From a virus: DNA of 64,000 nt. Location of the stretch: IMG/VR virus record IMGVR_UViG_3300005676_000004. One strand, written 5' to 3'. Numbering within the stretch: the stretch's first letter is position 1; each line of letters begins with the position of its first letter. This document shows, piece by piece, positions 17,059 through 26,238 of the stretch. Made by a program: the position numbers and the translations under genes. The notes under the pieces are model-generated. The model saw only the letters and a list, made by a program, of their open reading frames with translations, was not told where the DNA came from and did no database searches.

Positions 17059-18828
17059 ATGTCTACGAAGGTAAAAGTAAAGACCTCGGGCAAGGTTCTC
17101 ATTATTTTCTTGATCCTTGCTGGAATTTTTGCTGGTAAAGTATTTTGGTATGATAATTTACCGCAAGATGCTAAGGAGTCTACCGTTGTAGGACAACTCG
17201 CCCTCCCCGATGCTCCAGAGGCATCGTTAAGTGGAAAGGTTGAGCAGTTGTCGCTACCACAAGCAGATGCTGTGACCGGAGCACCTAAGGTAGTGTGGAA
17301 GGTGATGGCTTGGAACTCACAGTTTCCTCTTATGTATGCAAATGGAGGTCCTAGGACAACTGCTGGCTCTCTGTTCCAATCACTCGGCGTTAACATTCAA
17401 ATTGAGCGTCAAGATGACTGTAACAAAACTATTGCTGACTTGGTTGCCTTTGCACAAGCGTACAAAGAAAATCCAAGCACACCTGGTGTCTTTGCATCGT
17501 TCATGGGTGATGGAATGCCTGCGTTCTTCTCAGCTCTAACGAAAGAGCTTGAACCACTTGGCCCCGAGTATCAACCTATTGCGTTCTATACCATGGGTAA
17601 ATCATATGGTGAAGATCAGCTCATGGGTCCAATTGATTGGAAGAGAAATCCGCAGAGTGCGAAAGGAAAGACTGTATCTGTAGTCTTGCGAGATGGTGAC
17701 ATGAACATCGTCTTAAAGTGGGCAGGGGATAACGGCATAAAGGTGAATCCGGACGAGACGTCGTATGATCCTTCCGCTATTAACCTCATCGCTGCTAACG
17801 ACTTCTTAGATGCTGCGAATAAGTACATTACTGGCTATCGTGAAAAACGAAAGCTAGTACAGGATGGCAAGAAGGTTAATATTGATACTACTGTCGGTGT
17901 AGACGCGGTATCAACATGGACACCTGGGGACGTTAATATTGCACAGGGCAAAGGTGGTCTTGTGACCATTGCATCTACTAAGCAATATTCGTCTCAGATG
18001 CCAAACATCACCATTACTATTAAAAAGTTTGCATACGATAATCGATCACTAATGGAGAACATTATTATCGGGTTATCTCGGGCTGGAGATCAAGTACGTT
18101 CGTTTACATCTGCGAAGAAGTTTGCAGCAGACGTCTCGGCTCAAGTGTATAACGAAAAGAATGGTGACTACTGGTTGCGGTACTATAACGGCGTAAAGAC
18201 CAAGGATGCTCAGGGATTGAGTGTGGAACTCGGTGGCTCTATGGCATTTAATTTAGCAGATGCTGCTAACATGTTTGGCCTTGGTAATGATAGAATTGAT
18301 CGGTATCGAGTAGTATACAAGACGTTCGGCGACATTAACTCAAAGATGTATCCAGAGTATATGGCAACATATCCCGAGTATACTAAAGTCGTTGATAAAA
18401 GTTTTATGGCTAGCATCTTGAGTAATCATCCAGAACTTCTAGAAGGAAAGAGTTTGACAGTAAACTATGCTTCTGAAGTCAGTAGTGAGGTTTCTTCAAA
18501 GGCTTACCATATTCAATTTAGAACTGGTAGCTCTGAGATTTTACCTGGATCATACTCCGACCTAGATCGTATTCTAGAGTCTGCGGTTGTTGCTGAAAAT
18601 CTAACCCTCGGCGTATATGGCCATACGGATGACGTCGGTAACCCAGAATCAAACCAGCGATTGTCAGAAGCACGTGCGCAATCGGTAAAAAATTACCTTG
18701 TTCGTAAGGGACTTCGTCCAGATAGAATTGAAGCAAAGGGATTTGGTGAATCAAATCCAATTGAGAGCAATTTATCAGAGTCTGGACGTGCTACAAATCG
18801 TAGAGTTCAAATTGTATTAGGCGAGTGA
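17059..18828 (+). CDS. ABC substrate-binding (NitT/TauT-like) protein fused to an OmpA-like peptidoglycan-binding domain
   Basis: N-terminal TM anchor; C-terminal GHTDDVG...NQRLSEARA...GFGE...NRRV OmpA signature. Confidence 0.85.
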   Translation: MSTKVKVKTSGKVLIIFLILAGIFAGKVFWYDNLPQDAKESTVVGQLALPDAPEASLSGKVEQLSLPQADAVTGAPKVVWKVMAWNSQFPLMYANGGPRTTAGSLFQSLGVNIQIERQDDCNKTIADLVAFAQAYKENPSTPGVFASFMGDGMPAFFSALTKELEPLGPEYQPIAFYTMGKSYGEDQLMGPIDWKRNPQSAKGKTVSVVLRDGDMNIVLKWAGDNGIKVNPDETSYDPSAINLIAANDFLDAANKYITGYREKRKLVQDGKKVNIDTTVGVDAVSTWTPGDVNIAQGKGGLVTIASTKQYSSQMPNITITIKKFAYDNRSLMENIIIGLSRAGDQVRSFTSAKKFAADVSAQVYNEKNGDYWLRYYNGVKTKDAQGLSVELGGSMAFNLADAANMFGLGNDRIDRYRVVYKTFGDINSKMYPEYMATYPEYTKVVDKSFMASILSNHPELLEGKSLTVNYASEVSSEVSSKAYHIQFRTGSSEILPGSYSDLDRILESAVVAENLTLGVYGHTDDVGNPESNQRLSEARAQSVKNYLVRKGLRPDRIEAKGFGESNPIESNLSESGRATNRRVQIVLGE

Positions 18829-18829
18829 C

Positions 18830-19612
18830 GTGAACTTAACTAAGTATATCAGCCCGTTTTCAGTTGTTAACAAAGCTGAGCGATGGACTATACTTGTGGT
18901 TGAAAGTTTAATAGGTCTTGGGGTCTGGCAGCTCTTCGGGAATAGTCTTATCCCAGGACCTATTGATATTATGCTCCGCGTGTTTAGTATATTGACCACC
19001 GCCTCATTTTGGCATAACTTCATGAATAGTTTGACTCTAACGTCGGTTGGCATGGGTATCTCAATTGGAATATCGTTACTCTTTGCATACGCATCGGTAG
19101 TTCCGGTATTTACACCAATTACCAACCTAATCATGAGGTTGCGATACCTCACGTTAACGGGTCTAATTTTTGTGTTTACGCTGTTGACTGCAAACGGTTC
19201 TCAACTAAAGTTGAGTCTTCTCTTGTTTGGTATCATCCCGTTCTTTGTCACATCTCTTATGAGCGTATTGCATTCTATCAATCCGCAAGAATACGAGCTT
19301 GCAAAGACATTGAAGATGAATCCATTTCAAACCCTGTTAGAGGTGATAATCATAGGTCGCCTAGATCAAGCTCTTGACGTCATGCGACAAAATTTTGCAA
19401 TCTCGTGGATGATGATAACGATGGTTGAAGGATTATCAATGTCTGAAGGTGGGCTTGGTACAATGATTATCAAGTCTAACAAGTACATTGATCTCCACAC
19501 TGTGTTTGCGTTGCTAGTTATAATATTCACCGTCGGGATTTTGTTTGACTTCATTTTGAAGAAACTGCGACAGTGGATTTTTCCATACACCGCCATAGCT
19601 AGTCGCCACTAA
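18830..19612 (+). CDS. ABC transporter permease
   Basis: Six hydrophobic segments; EAA-like YELAKTLKMN; GLG motif. Confidence 0.85.
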   Translation: MNLTKYISPFSVVNKAERWTILVVESLIGLGVWQLFGNSLIPGPIDIMLRVFSILTTASFWHNFMNSLTLTSVGMGISIGISLLFAYASVVPVFTPITNLIMRLRYLTLTGLIFVFTLLTANGSQLKLSLLLFGIIPFFVTSLMSVLHSINPQEYELAKTLKMNPFQTLLEVIIIGRLDQALDVMRQNFAISWMMITMVEGLSMSEGGLGTMIIKSNKYIDLHTVFALLVIIFTVGILFDFILKKLRQWIFPYTAIASRH

Positions 19613-19624
19613 GGAAAAAACAAC

Positions 19625-20437
19625 ATGGAATACTCAGTTGAAGAGTGTCTGATGAAAGTTGAAGGTGTATCGTTATCATATGATCGCCCTATACTCACCG
19701 ACATAAATTTTCAAGTGAACAACATTGTTCGACCGAACATGAATCAGGGGCAAGTGTTGTCGCTAGTGGGACGATCCGGCATAGGTAAAACGCAGCTATT
19801 TAAGATTTTGTCGGGACTCATGAAGCCAGACACTGGAAGCGTTCTTATCACAGATAAGCTAACTCCAGTACGAGCTGGTGACGTTTCGGTTGTTCCTCAG
19901 AACTATATACTATTTTCTCATAGAACAGTCAGATCAAATCTAGAGCTGGCTCTTAAAAACTCCCCCGTGGAACTAGTTGATGGTACGCATGAAGTAAAGT
20001 TCTTAATTCAAGAATATGCTCAAGTGTTTGACGTAGTAGATCACTTGGATAAGTATCCATCTCAACTGTCAGGCGGACAACGACAGAGAGTTAGTATCAT
20101 TCAGCAACTCCTCACTGGTAACAAGTTCATATTGCTTGATGAACCTTTCTCTGGCTTGGACATTGTCGTCAAGGAGAAAGTCATAACAATGCTAAAGAAA
20201 GTATCTGTTATGCATGAGCACACTACTATGATCATTACTTCACATGACATTGAAAGCTCGTTATCGGTGTCTGACTCTGTTCTGCTACTAGGTCGCACCC
20301 CAATGAAAGAGGGGGCAACTATCATAGAGACGATAGATTTGGCACAGCATTCTCTTGCATGGCTAGAAGAAATGTCATACCAGGAGCGTCATGCTAAATT
20401 CTCCGAGATAATTGACCACATACGACATGTGATATGA
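19625..20437 (+). CDS. ABC transporter ATP-binding protein
   Basis: GRSGIGKT, LSGGQRQR, ILLDEPF, ITSHD. Confidence 0.93.
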   Translation: MEYSVEECLMKVEGVSLSYDRPILTDINFQVNNIVRPNMNQGQVLSLVGRSGIGKTQLFKILSGLMKPDTGSVLITDKLTPVRAGDVSVVPQNYILFSHRTVRSNLELALKNSPVELVDGTHEVKFLIQEYAQVFDVVDHLDKYPSQLSGGQRQRVSIIQQLLTGNKFILLDEPFSGLDIVVKEKVITMLKKVSVMHEHTTMIITSHDIESSLSVSDSVLLLGRTPMKEGATIIETIDLAQHSLAWLEEMSYQERHAKFSEIIDHIRHVI

Positions 20438-20460
20438 CGTGGTATGCGTATTAATACGTA

Positions 20461-20491
20461 TATGCATTTTCCGTAAGTTTTGGTATGTTTG
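20461..20491 (+). promoter_or_regulatory. Bacteroidota-type promoter for the second tRNA block
   Basis: TATG-N19-TATGTTTG. Confidence 0.65.
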
Positions 20492-20518
20492 TACTCACTC
20501 TGTATGAGTACATACTAA

Positions 20519-20590
20519 GCGGGTATGGTATAATGGCTATCATGTAACCTTGCCAAGGTTAAGATGTCGGTTCGATTCCGGCTATCCGCT
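20519..20590 (+). tRNA. trnG: tRNA-Gly(GCC)
   Basis: Loop TT-GCC-AA. Confidence 0.9.
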
Positions 20591-20600
20591 CAAATAAATC

Positions 20601-20676
20601 GGGCCTATAGCTCAATGGTTAGAGCAGCGGACTCATAATCCGTCGGTTGCTGGTTCAAATCCGGCTAGGCCCACCA
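20601..20676 (+). tRNA. trnI: tRNA-Ile2(CAT, lysidine type)
   Basis: GGGCCTATAGCTCA...CTCATAA...; encoded CCA; sequence typical of Ile2. Confidence 0.82.
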
Positions 20677-20680
20677 TCAT

Positions 20681-20751
20681 GGTACGTTGATCGAGTAGTT
20701 AGATGCTAGTCTGCAAAACTAGCTAGGTGGGTGCAAATCCCACACGTACCT
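20681..20751 (+). tRNA. trnC: tRNA-Cys(GCA)
   Basis: Loop CT-GCA-AA; U73; T-loop TGCAAAT. Confidence 0.88.
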
Positions 20752-20762
20752 CATCTCAACTT

Positions 20763-20834
20763 ACTCTCATAGTTTAATGGATAGAATGATTCTCTCCTAA
20801 AGAATAGATGCGAGTTCGATTCTCGCTGAGAGTT
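20763..20834 (+). tRNA. trnR: tRNA-Arg(CCT)
   Basis: Loop CT-CCT-AA. Confidence 0.88.
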
Positions 20835-20838
20835 CTAT

Positions 20839-20912
20839 GCCGCCGTAACCGAATTGGCATAGGTATCGGACTTAAAATCCGAGTTTTATGGGTTCAAGTC
20901 CCATCGGCGGTA
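20839..20912 (+). tRNA. trnL: tRNA-Leu(TAA), short variable loop
   Basis: Loop CT-TAA-AA. Confidence 0.88.
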
Positions 20913-20924
20913 CTAAACAGCTTT

Positions 20925-20998
20925 GCCACTGTAACCGAATTGGCATAGGTACTAGACTCAAAATCTAGGTTCTGTGGGTTCGAGTCCCACCAGTGGTA
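20925..20998 (+). tRNA. trnL: tRNA-Leu(CAA), short variable loop
   Basis: Loop CT-CAA-AA. Confidence 0.88.
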
Positions 20999-21023
20999 CA
21001 TCACAACGGAGTATATGATATAA

Positions 21024-21374
21024 ATGAAACCATTTATTCACGCAAAATCATCTGCTAAAAAGTTTGGCGGAAATCCTTCAGATTACGAAGACATTCATGA
21101 GTTCATGGATTCGTCCAAGGCTTGCCTACCGGATGTTAGACACCGTGCAATATTCCATTCGTCGTTTGGATGTTTCATTGTTGAAAATGTATTTGGCGCA
21201 ACTCGTATAAACTCCGAGGGTAAAGAATATTCTACCCGAGACGTCGCGGAACAACACATATTAGAAGATTTAGGATTTATCCCAACGATTGAGCGATGGT
21301 TTCAGTCGTTACCGATTGAATCCTGGATGAGCAAGCCGAATATAACTACAAAAACATTTTCCTGGAATGATTAA
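21024..21374 (+). CDS. Conserved hypothetical protein (DUF6915-like)
   Basis: HAKSSAKKFGG...IHEFMDSSK...HRAIFHSSFG...EQHILEDLG. Confidence 0.7.
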   Translation: MKPFIHAKSSAKKFGGNPSDYEDIHEFMDSSKACLPDVRHRAIFHSSFGCFIVENVFGATRINSEGKEYSTRDVAEQHILEDLGFIPTIERWFQSLPIESWMSKPNITTKTFSWND

Positions 21375-21394
21375 CATAACAACGAGGTTAACCG

Positions 21395-21793
21395 ATGGAA
21401 TCCCAACCAAACAATCTGCTAGCTAGTATCAACGAACGAATTGACACTATCAAGGCAATGCAAGAGAAGATAGCCGAAGAAATGCGAAATAGTCTCTATC
21501 CGGTTTTTTCTAAATTTTTTGAGAAATATCCGGAGGTTCACAAAATTACATGGGTACAATATACCCCATATTTTAACGATGGTGACCCGTGTGTGTTTGG
21601 CGTATACGAATCAGAGTTTGAACTTATATCCAATGACATCACTGCATCTGAAGCATTGACTGAAGACTTTCGTGCCGTTTCCGAGTTAATTGAAACAATT
21701 GATGCTACTGTTATGGAGAGCTGGTTTGGCGACCATGCTGAGGTGACCGTTACCCGAGATGGTATAACTGTAGACGAGTATGATCATGACTAA
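21395..21793 (+). CDS. Hypothetical protein
   Basis: WVQYTPYFNDGDPC motif. Confidence 0.7.
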   Translation: MESQPNNLLASINERIDTIKAMQEKIAEEMRNSLYPVFSKFFEKYPEVHKITWVQYTPYFNDGDPCVFGVYESEFELISNDITASEALTEDFRAVSELIETIDATVMESWFGDHAEVTVTRDGITVDEYDHD

Positions 21794-22325
21794 TCCAATT
21801 TCACGAATTGTTTCAAACATTGATCTACGCCGAGAGTTGATCGTGACGGTAGTATCATTTTTGTCGCTCATTGCTTGTCTAGTGTGGGCGCAACCATTTG
21901 TCGCCGCTCTGTCTTCTGTGGTGTTATTTGGGGCGATGGATGCTATCGGATACTATCGCGTTGGAGAATTTTTCGGCGAAAATCGACCTCAAGATAAACT
22001 TGTCTACTATCGAATCCTACAGACTGTATTTCAGCATTTGATTACTGCTGTACTGTTTATTGCATTCGGGTGGCAAATTGCTGGACTATACCTTTTGATG
22101 TGGTGGTTTGGTGTAGCTGATATAGTATACTATATTATCCTACGTCAATCATACCTTCAATACGGTTCTATGTTTTGGCTGTGGTGGACTCCATTAGGAA
22201 TTACCATGAATATCTTAAATCGAGCATGGTCATCAGTTCCGAAGTATCCGTCTGGTATACTAGCAACTGTACAAGCTGACTTCGGAATAGTTCTTGCAGT
22301 CGTACTGTATCTACTCTTTCTCTAA
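21780..22325 (+). CDS. Hypothetical membrane protein
   Basis: Several hydrophobic helices. Confidence 0.7.
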   Translation: MIMTNPISRIVSNIDLRRELIVTVVSFLSLIACLVWAQPFVAALSSVVLFGAMDAIGYYRVGEFFGENRPQDKLVYYRILQTVFQHLITAVLFIAFGWQIAGLYLLMWWFGVADIVYYIILRQSYLQYGSMFWLWWTPLGITMNILNRAWSSVPKYPSGILATVQADFGIVLAVVLYLLFL

Positions 22326-22341
22326 TATTTATTAGAGATAT

Positions 22342-22414
22342 GCCACCGTAGCTCAGTTGGTAGAGCACCGCCTTGGTAAGTCGGAGGTCGTCAGTTCAAT
22401 CCTGATCGGTGGAT
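22342..22414 (+). tRNA. trnT: tRNA-Thr(GGT), imperfect
   Basis: Loop TT-GGT-AA; G1:A72 mismatch and one anticodon-stem mismatch. Confidence 0.78.
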
Positions 22415-22419
22415 CATCT

Positions 22420-22502
22420 GGAATAGTCGCATAATGGTATTGCAACAGTCTCGAAAACTGTCGGGTTAGTAGCCTATGAGGGTTCAAGTCCTTCCTATTC
22501 CG
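22420..22502 (+). tRNA. trnS: tRNA-Ser(CGA)
   Basis: Loop CT-CGA-AA; long variable arm; G73. Confidence 0.88.
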
Positions 22503-22510
22503 CGTAATAT

Positions 22511-22601
22511 GGAGAGTGTCCGGCTGGACGAGGAGCTAGTCTTGAAAACTAGTAAGCCGTGCTAACACCACGGTTTGTGGGTTCGAGTCCCACACTCTCC
22601 T
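22511..22601 (+). tRNA. trnS: tRNA-Ser(TGA)
   Basis: Loop CT-TGA-AA; long variable arm. Confidence 0.85.
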
Positions 22602-22631
22602 CAGAAACAAATTTGTCATTGGAGAAAGGAA

Positions 22632-22793
22632 ATGAAACGCAAGGCATCTATTGAGCGAAAACTCAAACGAGCGAAGCAAGTTGAAGACGGAGCATACGAC
22701 GGTAGATTCAAGACACGAGTTGTACCGTCAAAGCGGCAGAAGGAAAGACAGCAACGACAAAAGATTCATCTGTCTGACGTCTGCGAAGACTAA
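22632..22793 (+). CDS. Small basic protein (53 aa)
   Basis: AAGGA RBS then MKRKASIERKLKRAKQVEDGAYDGRFKTRVVPSKRQKERQQRQKIHLSDVCED. Confidence 0.6.
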   Translation: MKRKASIERKLKRAKQVEDGAYDGRFKTRVVPSKRQKERQQRQKIHLSDVCED

Positions 22794-22805
22794 GTAAGCA
22801 TATAC

Positions 22806-22892
22806 GGAGGGCTGCCCGAGTGGTAAGGGGTCTGTTTGCTAAACAGAAGCCGCGTTTAACGACGCGAACACGTTCGATTCGTGTGCTCTCCG
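22806..22892 (+). tRNA. trnS: tRNA-Ser(GCT)
   Basis: Loop TT-GCT-AA; long variable arm; G73. Confidence 0.9.
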
Positions 22893-22913
22893 CAATTTAC
22901 ATGGAGAAGTTTA

Positions 22914-23510
22914 ATGAAACTTAAGAGTATCCTTGAGCAAAACAGTTTTGAATTTGGAACTATAAACGAAGCTAGTTTATCTAGATTAGTAACGAAAGTT
23001 CAATCAAATGACTTTGCTATAGTTACTGCGTTCAGAGGTTCTAACACGCTACAGCAAAATCGTAATCTTAATAAAAGAATTTTCTCGCAATTACAGCAAC
23101 GTAAGATGGGCGGATATACCTTGATTGGCGTGTGGCAGGAAGTTCCAGATGGTGTTGAGTGGAAAAACTCTGAAGAATCTGAACGTACTGCTGTCCAAGA
23201 AGAATCCGTATTGTTTATACGTCCCGAAACCATGAGTGTAGAAGAATTTATTACGTTTGCCGTTGGTCTTGCTAAGGAATTTAATCAAGACGCTGTACTG
23301 TTAGGATTGCAAGGTGAAGGGATATTTCTGTATTTCAAGAATGGCAACCGTCAGAAGATTGGAGATGGAATCACTATTGATAAGATAGGCCAGGCATACT
23401 CCAAACTTAGAGGTGGTAATCCAACGCCGTTCATCTTTGAGGGGGCATTATTTCCAGATACTATATTCGGTAAGATGCTGTTTAAGACTTCAAACATGAA
23501 ATACATCTAA
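22914..23510 (+). CDS. Hypothetical phage protein with MKLKSILE N-terminus
   Basis: ATG at 22914; INEASLSRL, FAIVTAFR, FNQDAVL. Confidence 0.7.
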   Translation: MKLKSILEQNSFEFGTINEASLSRLVTKVQSNDFAIVTAFRGSNTLQQNRNLNKRIFSQLQQRKMGGYTLIGVWQEVPDGVEWKNSEESERTAVQEESVLFIRPETMSVEEFITFAVGLAKEFNQDAVLLGLQGEGIFLYFKNGNRQKIGDGITIDKIGQAYSKLRGGNPTPFIFEGALFPDTIFGKMLFKTSNMKYI

Positions 23511-23526
23511 TAACATAAGATTGAAT

Positions 23527-24150
23527 ATGAAACTTAAAGAACTATTAGAATCATCCTCAGATACATTTCAGATGTATCACGGCGGCAAGGAATGGATACG
23601 CAAACCGTCTGACATTAAACCCTCAAAGAGTGGACGTTATGAGATGGGGGTTGGGCTGTATTTTACAAACTCAAAGCTGACGGCGCGGGGCTACGCTAAA
23701 GGTTCGAGATCGTTACATCTCGTTGATATAAAAAGTGATATTAAGGATGTTGATGACGTCTACATTGATGTAGAAATTATGGTTGACTTCGTTCGTAATT
23801 GTCCTAGACTACGAAAGAAGGAAATTTTGATTGCTGACATCCATCGGAATCAGCAAAGGACTGGTAAGAAAGAAGTTTCATTAGGTCTTCTCAATAACCT
23901 CATAATCAATTATGAGGTTGGTGCTGGGAGTGTTGGACTAGAGATTACAAAATTTTTTGTTGAGCATGGTGGTCAATGTAACTGGGATGGACGCTCGGGT
24001 AAAGAATGGTGGTTAGTGATATTTGATCCAACTGTAATAGTGGGTTATAAGAAGTTAACCCCGACGGATCAAGATAACTATCCTTGGATGTTAGAAATCC
24101 CACCTTCGGTTCTCCCTAAGTATGCTCGGGCAAATACGAAAAACTACTAA
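23527..24150 (+). CDS. Putative H-Y-type ADP-ribosyltransferase-fold protein
   Basis: MKLKELLE; MYHGG...GVGLYFTNSKLTARGYA. Confidence 0.6.
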   Translation: MKLKELLESSSDTFQMYHGGKEWIRKPSDIKPSKSGRYEMGVGLYFTNSKLTARGYAKGSRSLHLVDIKSDIKDVDDVYIDVEIMVDFVRNCPRLRKKEILIADIHRNQQRTGKKEVSLGLLNNLIINYEVGAGSVGLEITKFFVEHGGQCNWDGRSGKEWWLVIFDPTVIVGYKKLTPTDQDNYPWMLEIPPSVLPKYARANTKNY

Positions 24151-24159
24151 TTTTTAGGA

Positions 24160-24360
24160 GTGGTCTTGACTAGTGAAGCAGAAATTCGTAAATTGAAGGT
24201 TTCTTTGTATTTACAACTTGTAAATTGCACAGATGAACACATGTTTACGGGAAAGAACTCGTCCAACATACAGCTATTGGAAATACTCAAAGAGTCTATA
24301 CTCCAAGAGTTTATAGACCCACCTGAGCATACAGATGAAGTAACTGCAACATCGCAGTAA
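24160..24360 (+). CDS. Hypothetical small protein
   Basis: 66-aa ORF with AGGAG RBS. Confidence 0.45.
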   Translation: MVLTSEAEIRKLKVSLYLQLVNCTDEHMFTGKNSSNIQLLEILKESILQEFIDPPEHTDEVTATSQ

Positions 24361-24416
24361 GAAAGAGTGGAGAAAAAATCTCCATATACATGTTTAATTT
24401 TTTATAAGGTGTACTC

Positions 24417-24713
24417 ATGAGTATCACTATGGATAGAACACAACGCCTTCGCATTTCAGCGTCGGTGTCACGCCAAGCTGGATTTTCTCCAGGGCAACGA
24501 GTTGCAGTCATTGCTAACTCAAAGACTGAGTTCACAGTTGTTCCGTCAAACAAGGTTCCGCGTAATACCGCTTCGGTATCGTACACGGTTGAAGCTGACG
24601 GACGAATCCGCGTAGCTCGGTCAGTCCTGAAGGAACGTCTAGGCGTTTCTGTTAATCCGAAGAAGTCGGCGACTGTTAGTGCCAAGCGCAGTCGTATTGA
24701 CGTCACGTTTTGA
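24417..24713 (+). CDS. AbrB/MraZ-like swapped-hairpin DNA-binding protein
   Basis: MDRTQRLRIS...GFSPGQRV...VEADGRIRV duplicated pattern. Confidence 0.5.
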   Translation: MSITMDRTQRLRISASVSRQAGFSPGQRVAVIANSKTEFTVVPSNKVPRNTASVSYTVEADGRIRVARSVLKERLGVSVNPKKSATVSAKRSRIDVTF

Positions 24714-24770
24714 TCGTGACTAATATTTAGGTACGGTGGGATATTTCCCATATTTTGCGAGGTGTTTTTT

Positions 24771-25274
24771 ATGTTGGTACATCGAGAAGTCCTAGTTTTA
24801 GATCAATCATATAGACCTATCTCATTGACATCGGTCAAGAAGGCGGTAACTCTTGCTTTCCGAGATAAGGTTGAATTTGTTGAGATAGCAGATAGTTTTC
24901 TGCGCTCACCGTCTTCAACATACCCATTGCCACTTGTTATTCGAATCAAGAATAACGTCAAGTTCAAAGCGTTGGGAAAGATTGAACCTACACGCCGTAA
25001 TCTCTTCAAGCGAGATGGATTTGAATGTGCATACTGTGGATCAAAACACGATCTAACAGTAGATCATGTCATTCCAAAATCTCGTGGTGGCGTTTGGAAC
25101 TGGGATAACCTCGTGACAGCATGTCATTCTTGTAACAACAAGAAAGATAACAGAACTCCAGATGAAGCTGGAATGAAGTTGTCTGTCAGACCACGTACCC
25201 CGCACCATGTTGCGTTTATGCTGAAAAGTTCACGTATTCACGACAAATGGAAGCCGTATCTTTATATGTCATGA
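24771..25274 (+). CDS. HNH endonuclease (McrA-like)
   Basis: RDGFECAYCG...TVDHVIPKSRGG...NLVTACHSCNNKK. Confidence 0.92.
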   Translation: MLVHREVLVLDQSYRPISLTSVKKAVTLAFRDKVEFVEIADSFLRSPSSTYPLPLVIRIKNNVKFKALGKIEPTRRNLFKRDGFECAYCGSKHDLTVDHVIPKSRGGVWNWDNLVTACHSCNNKKDNRTPDEAGMKLSVRPRTPHHVAFMLKSSRIHDKWKPYLYMS

Positions 25275-25278
25275 AAAG

Positions 25279-25312
25279 AAGACCCCACCTAACCCGTGGG
25301 GTCTTTTGTTTT
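25279..25312 (+). terminator. Intrinsic terminator
   Basis: AAGACCCCAC/GTGGGGTCTT 10-bp stem plus TTGTTTT. Confidence 0.85.
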
Positions 25313-25333
25313 CTAGGCCGCTAGAAGATGACA

Positions 25334-25365
25334 TTTGCATATTTCACTAAATTGTTGTATATTAC
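25334..25365 (+). promoter_or_regulatory. Bacteroidota-type promoter
   Basis: TTTG-N20-TATATT. Confidence 0.65.
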
Positions 25366-25391
25366 TTTCATAATCTAGACTTATAGGATAC

Positions 25392-26147
25392 GTGATGATT
25401 TGGGCTATTGGTGATACACATGGCAACTTTGCTGTGATAGAATATGCTATACGAGACATCGCTCCGCAGAATCTAAATGGTCACAAGTTTTTTCTTGTGC
25501 ATCTTGGGGATTTCGGTGTGGGGTTTAACACGCCTGACGAAGATGATCGTATACTGAAGAGTATTGATGCGACACTTGCTAGAAACAATGGTGAGCTGTT
25601 GGTTGTGCGTGGTAATCACGATAATCCAACATTTTGGTCTCCATTGTCTGAGTATACCTACGATAATATCTCCTTCGTACCCGATAACAGCATTCGTGTG
25701 CTCGACGGTAAAGTATGTTTGTTTGCGGGGGGTGCTATCTCTATAGATCGAAGCCGAAGGGTGGAGAACAAAACGTGGTGGCGTGATGAAGTATATACAT
25801 TCTCCGAGATACCACTTGACAATATAGAATCTGGAATTGATCTCGTCTTTACCCACGACGTATGGCATGGTATACAACCGTCGTATGATCTTGATGCTCC
25901 AATACTACATCATTTTTACTCTCGCGACCGGAAGTTACGATTAGACTTATATGAGTCGCAGCTTGAGCTTAGAAAACTCTATGATGCGGTAGAGAAACTT
26001 AATATCACCGCGAACAAACGTTGTCAGTGGTTTCACGGTCACTATCACGAGTATCGTGTTTGGACGTGGCCTGAACACCCATTTGTCCAGTGCGTTACGG
26101 GCCTAGATATTGACCAAGTTATTCTCGTAGCAGACAGCGAACAATGA
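25392..26147 (+). CDS. Calcineurin-like metallophosphoesterase
   Basis: GDTHG, GDFG, GNHD, THD, FHGHYH. Confidence 0.9.
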   Translation: MMIWAIGDTHGNFAVIEYAIRDIAPQNLNGHKFFLVHLGDFGVGFNTPDEDDRILKSIDATLARNNGELLVVRGNHDNPTFWSPLSEYTYDNISFVPDNSIRVLDGKVCLFAGGAISIDRSRRVENKTWWRDEVYTFSEIPLDNIESGIDLVFTHDVWHGIQPSYDLDAPILHHFYSRDRKLRLDLYESQLELRKLYDAVEKLNITANKRCQWFHGHYHEYRVWTWPEHPFVQCVTGLDIDQVILVADSEQ

Positions 26148-26158
26148 ATTTTTTTTCA

Positions 26159-26190
26159 TTTGGAAAATACTGAGGTGTAGGGTATATTTG
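26159..26190 (+). promoter_or_regulatory. Bacteroidota consensus promoter
   Basis: TTTG-N20-TATATTTG. Confidence 0.75.
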
Positions 26191-26238
26191 TAGGTCAACT
26201 TTTTCGGACAAAAACTACCTTTCTTTACCGAGACAAAA

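Noticed and set aside
24771-25274. Homing endonuclease in an intron or intein
   Set aside because: Free-standing, with intact neighbours and a terminator; no split host gene or splice-junction features.
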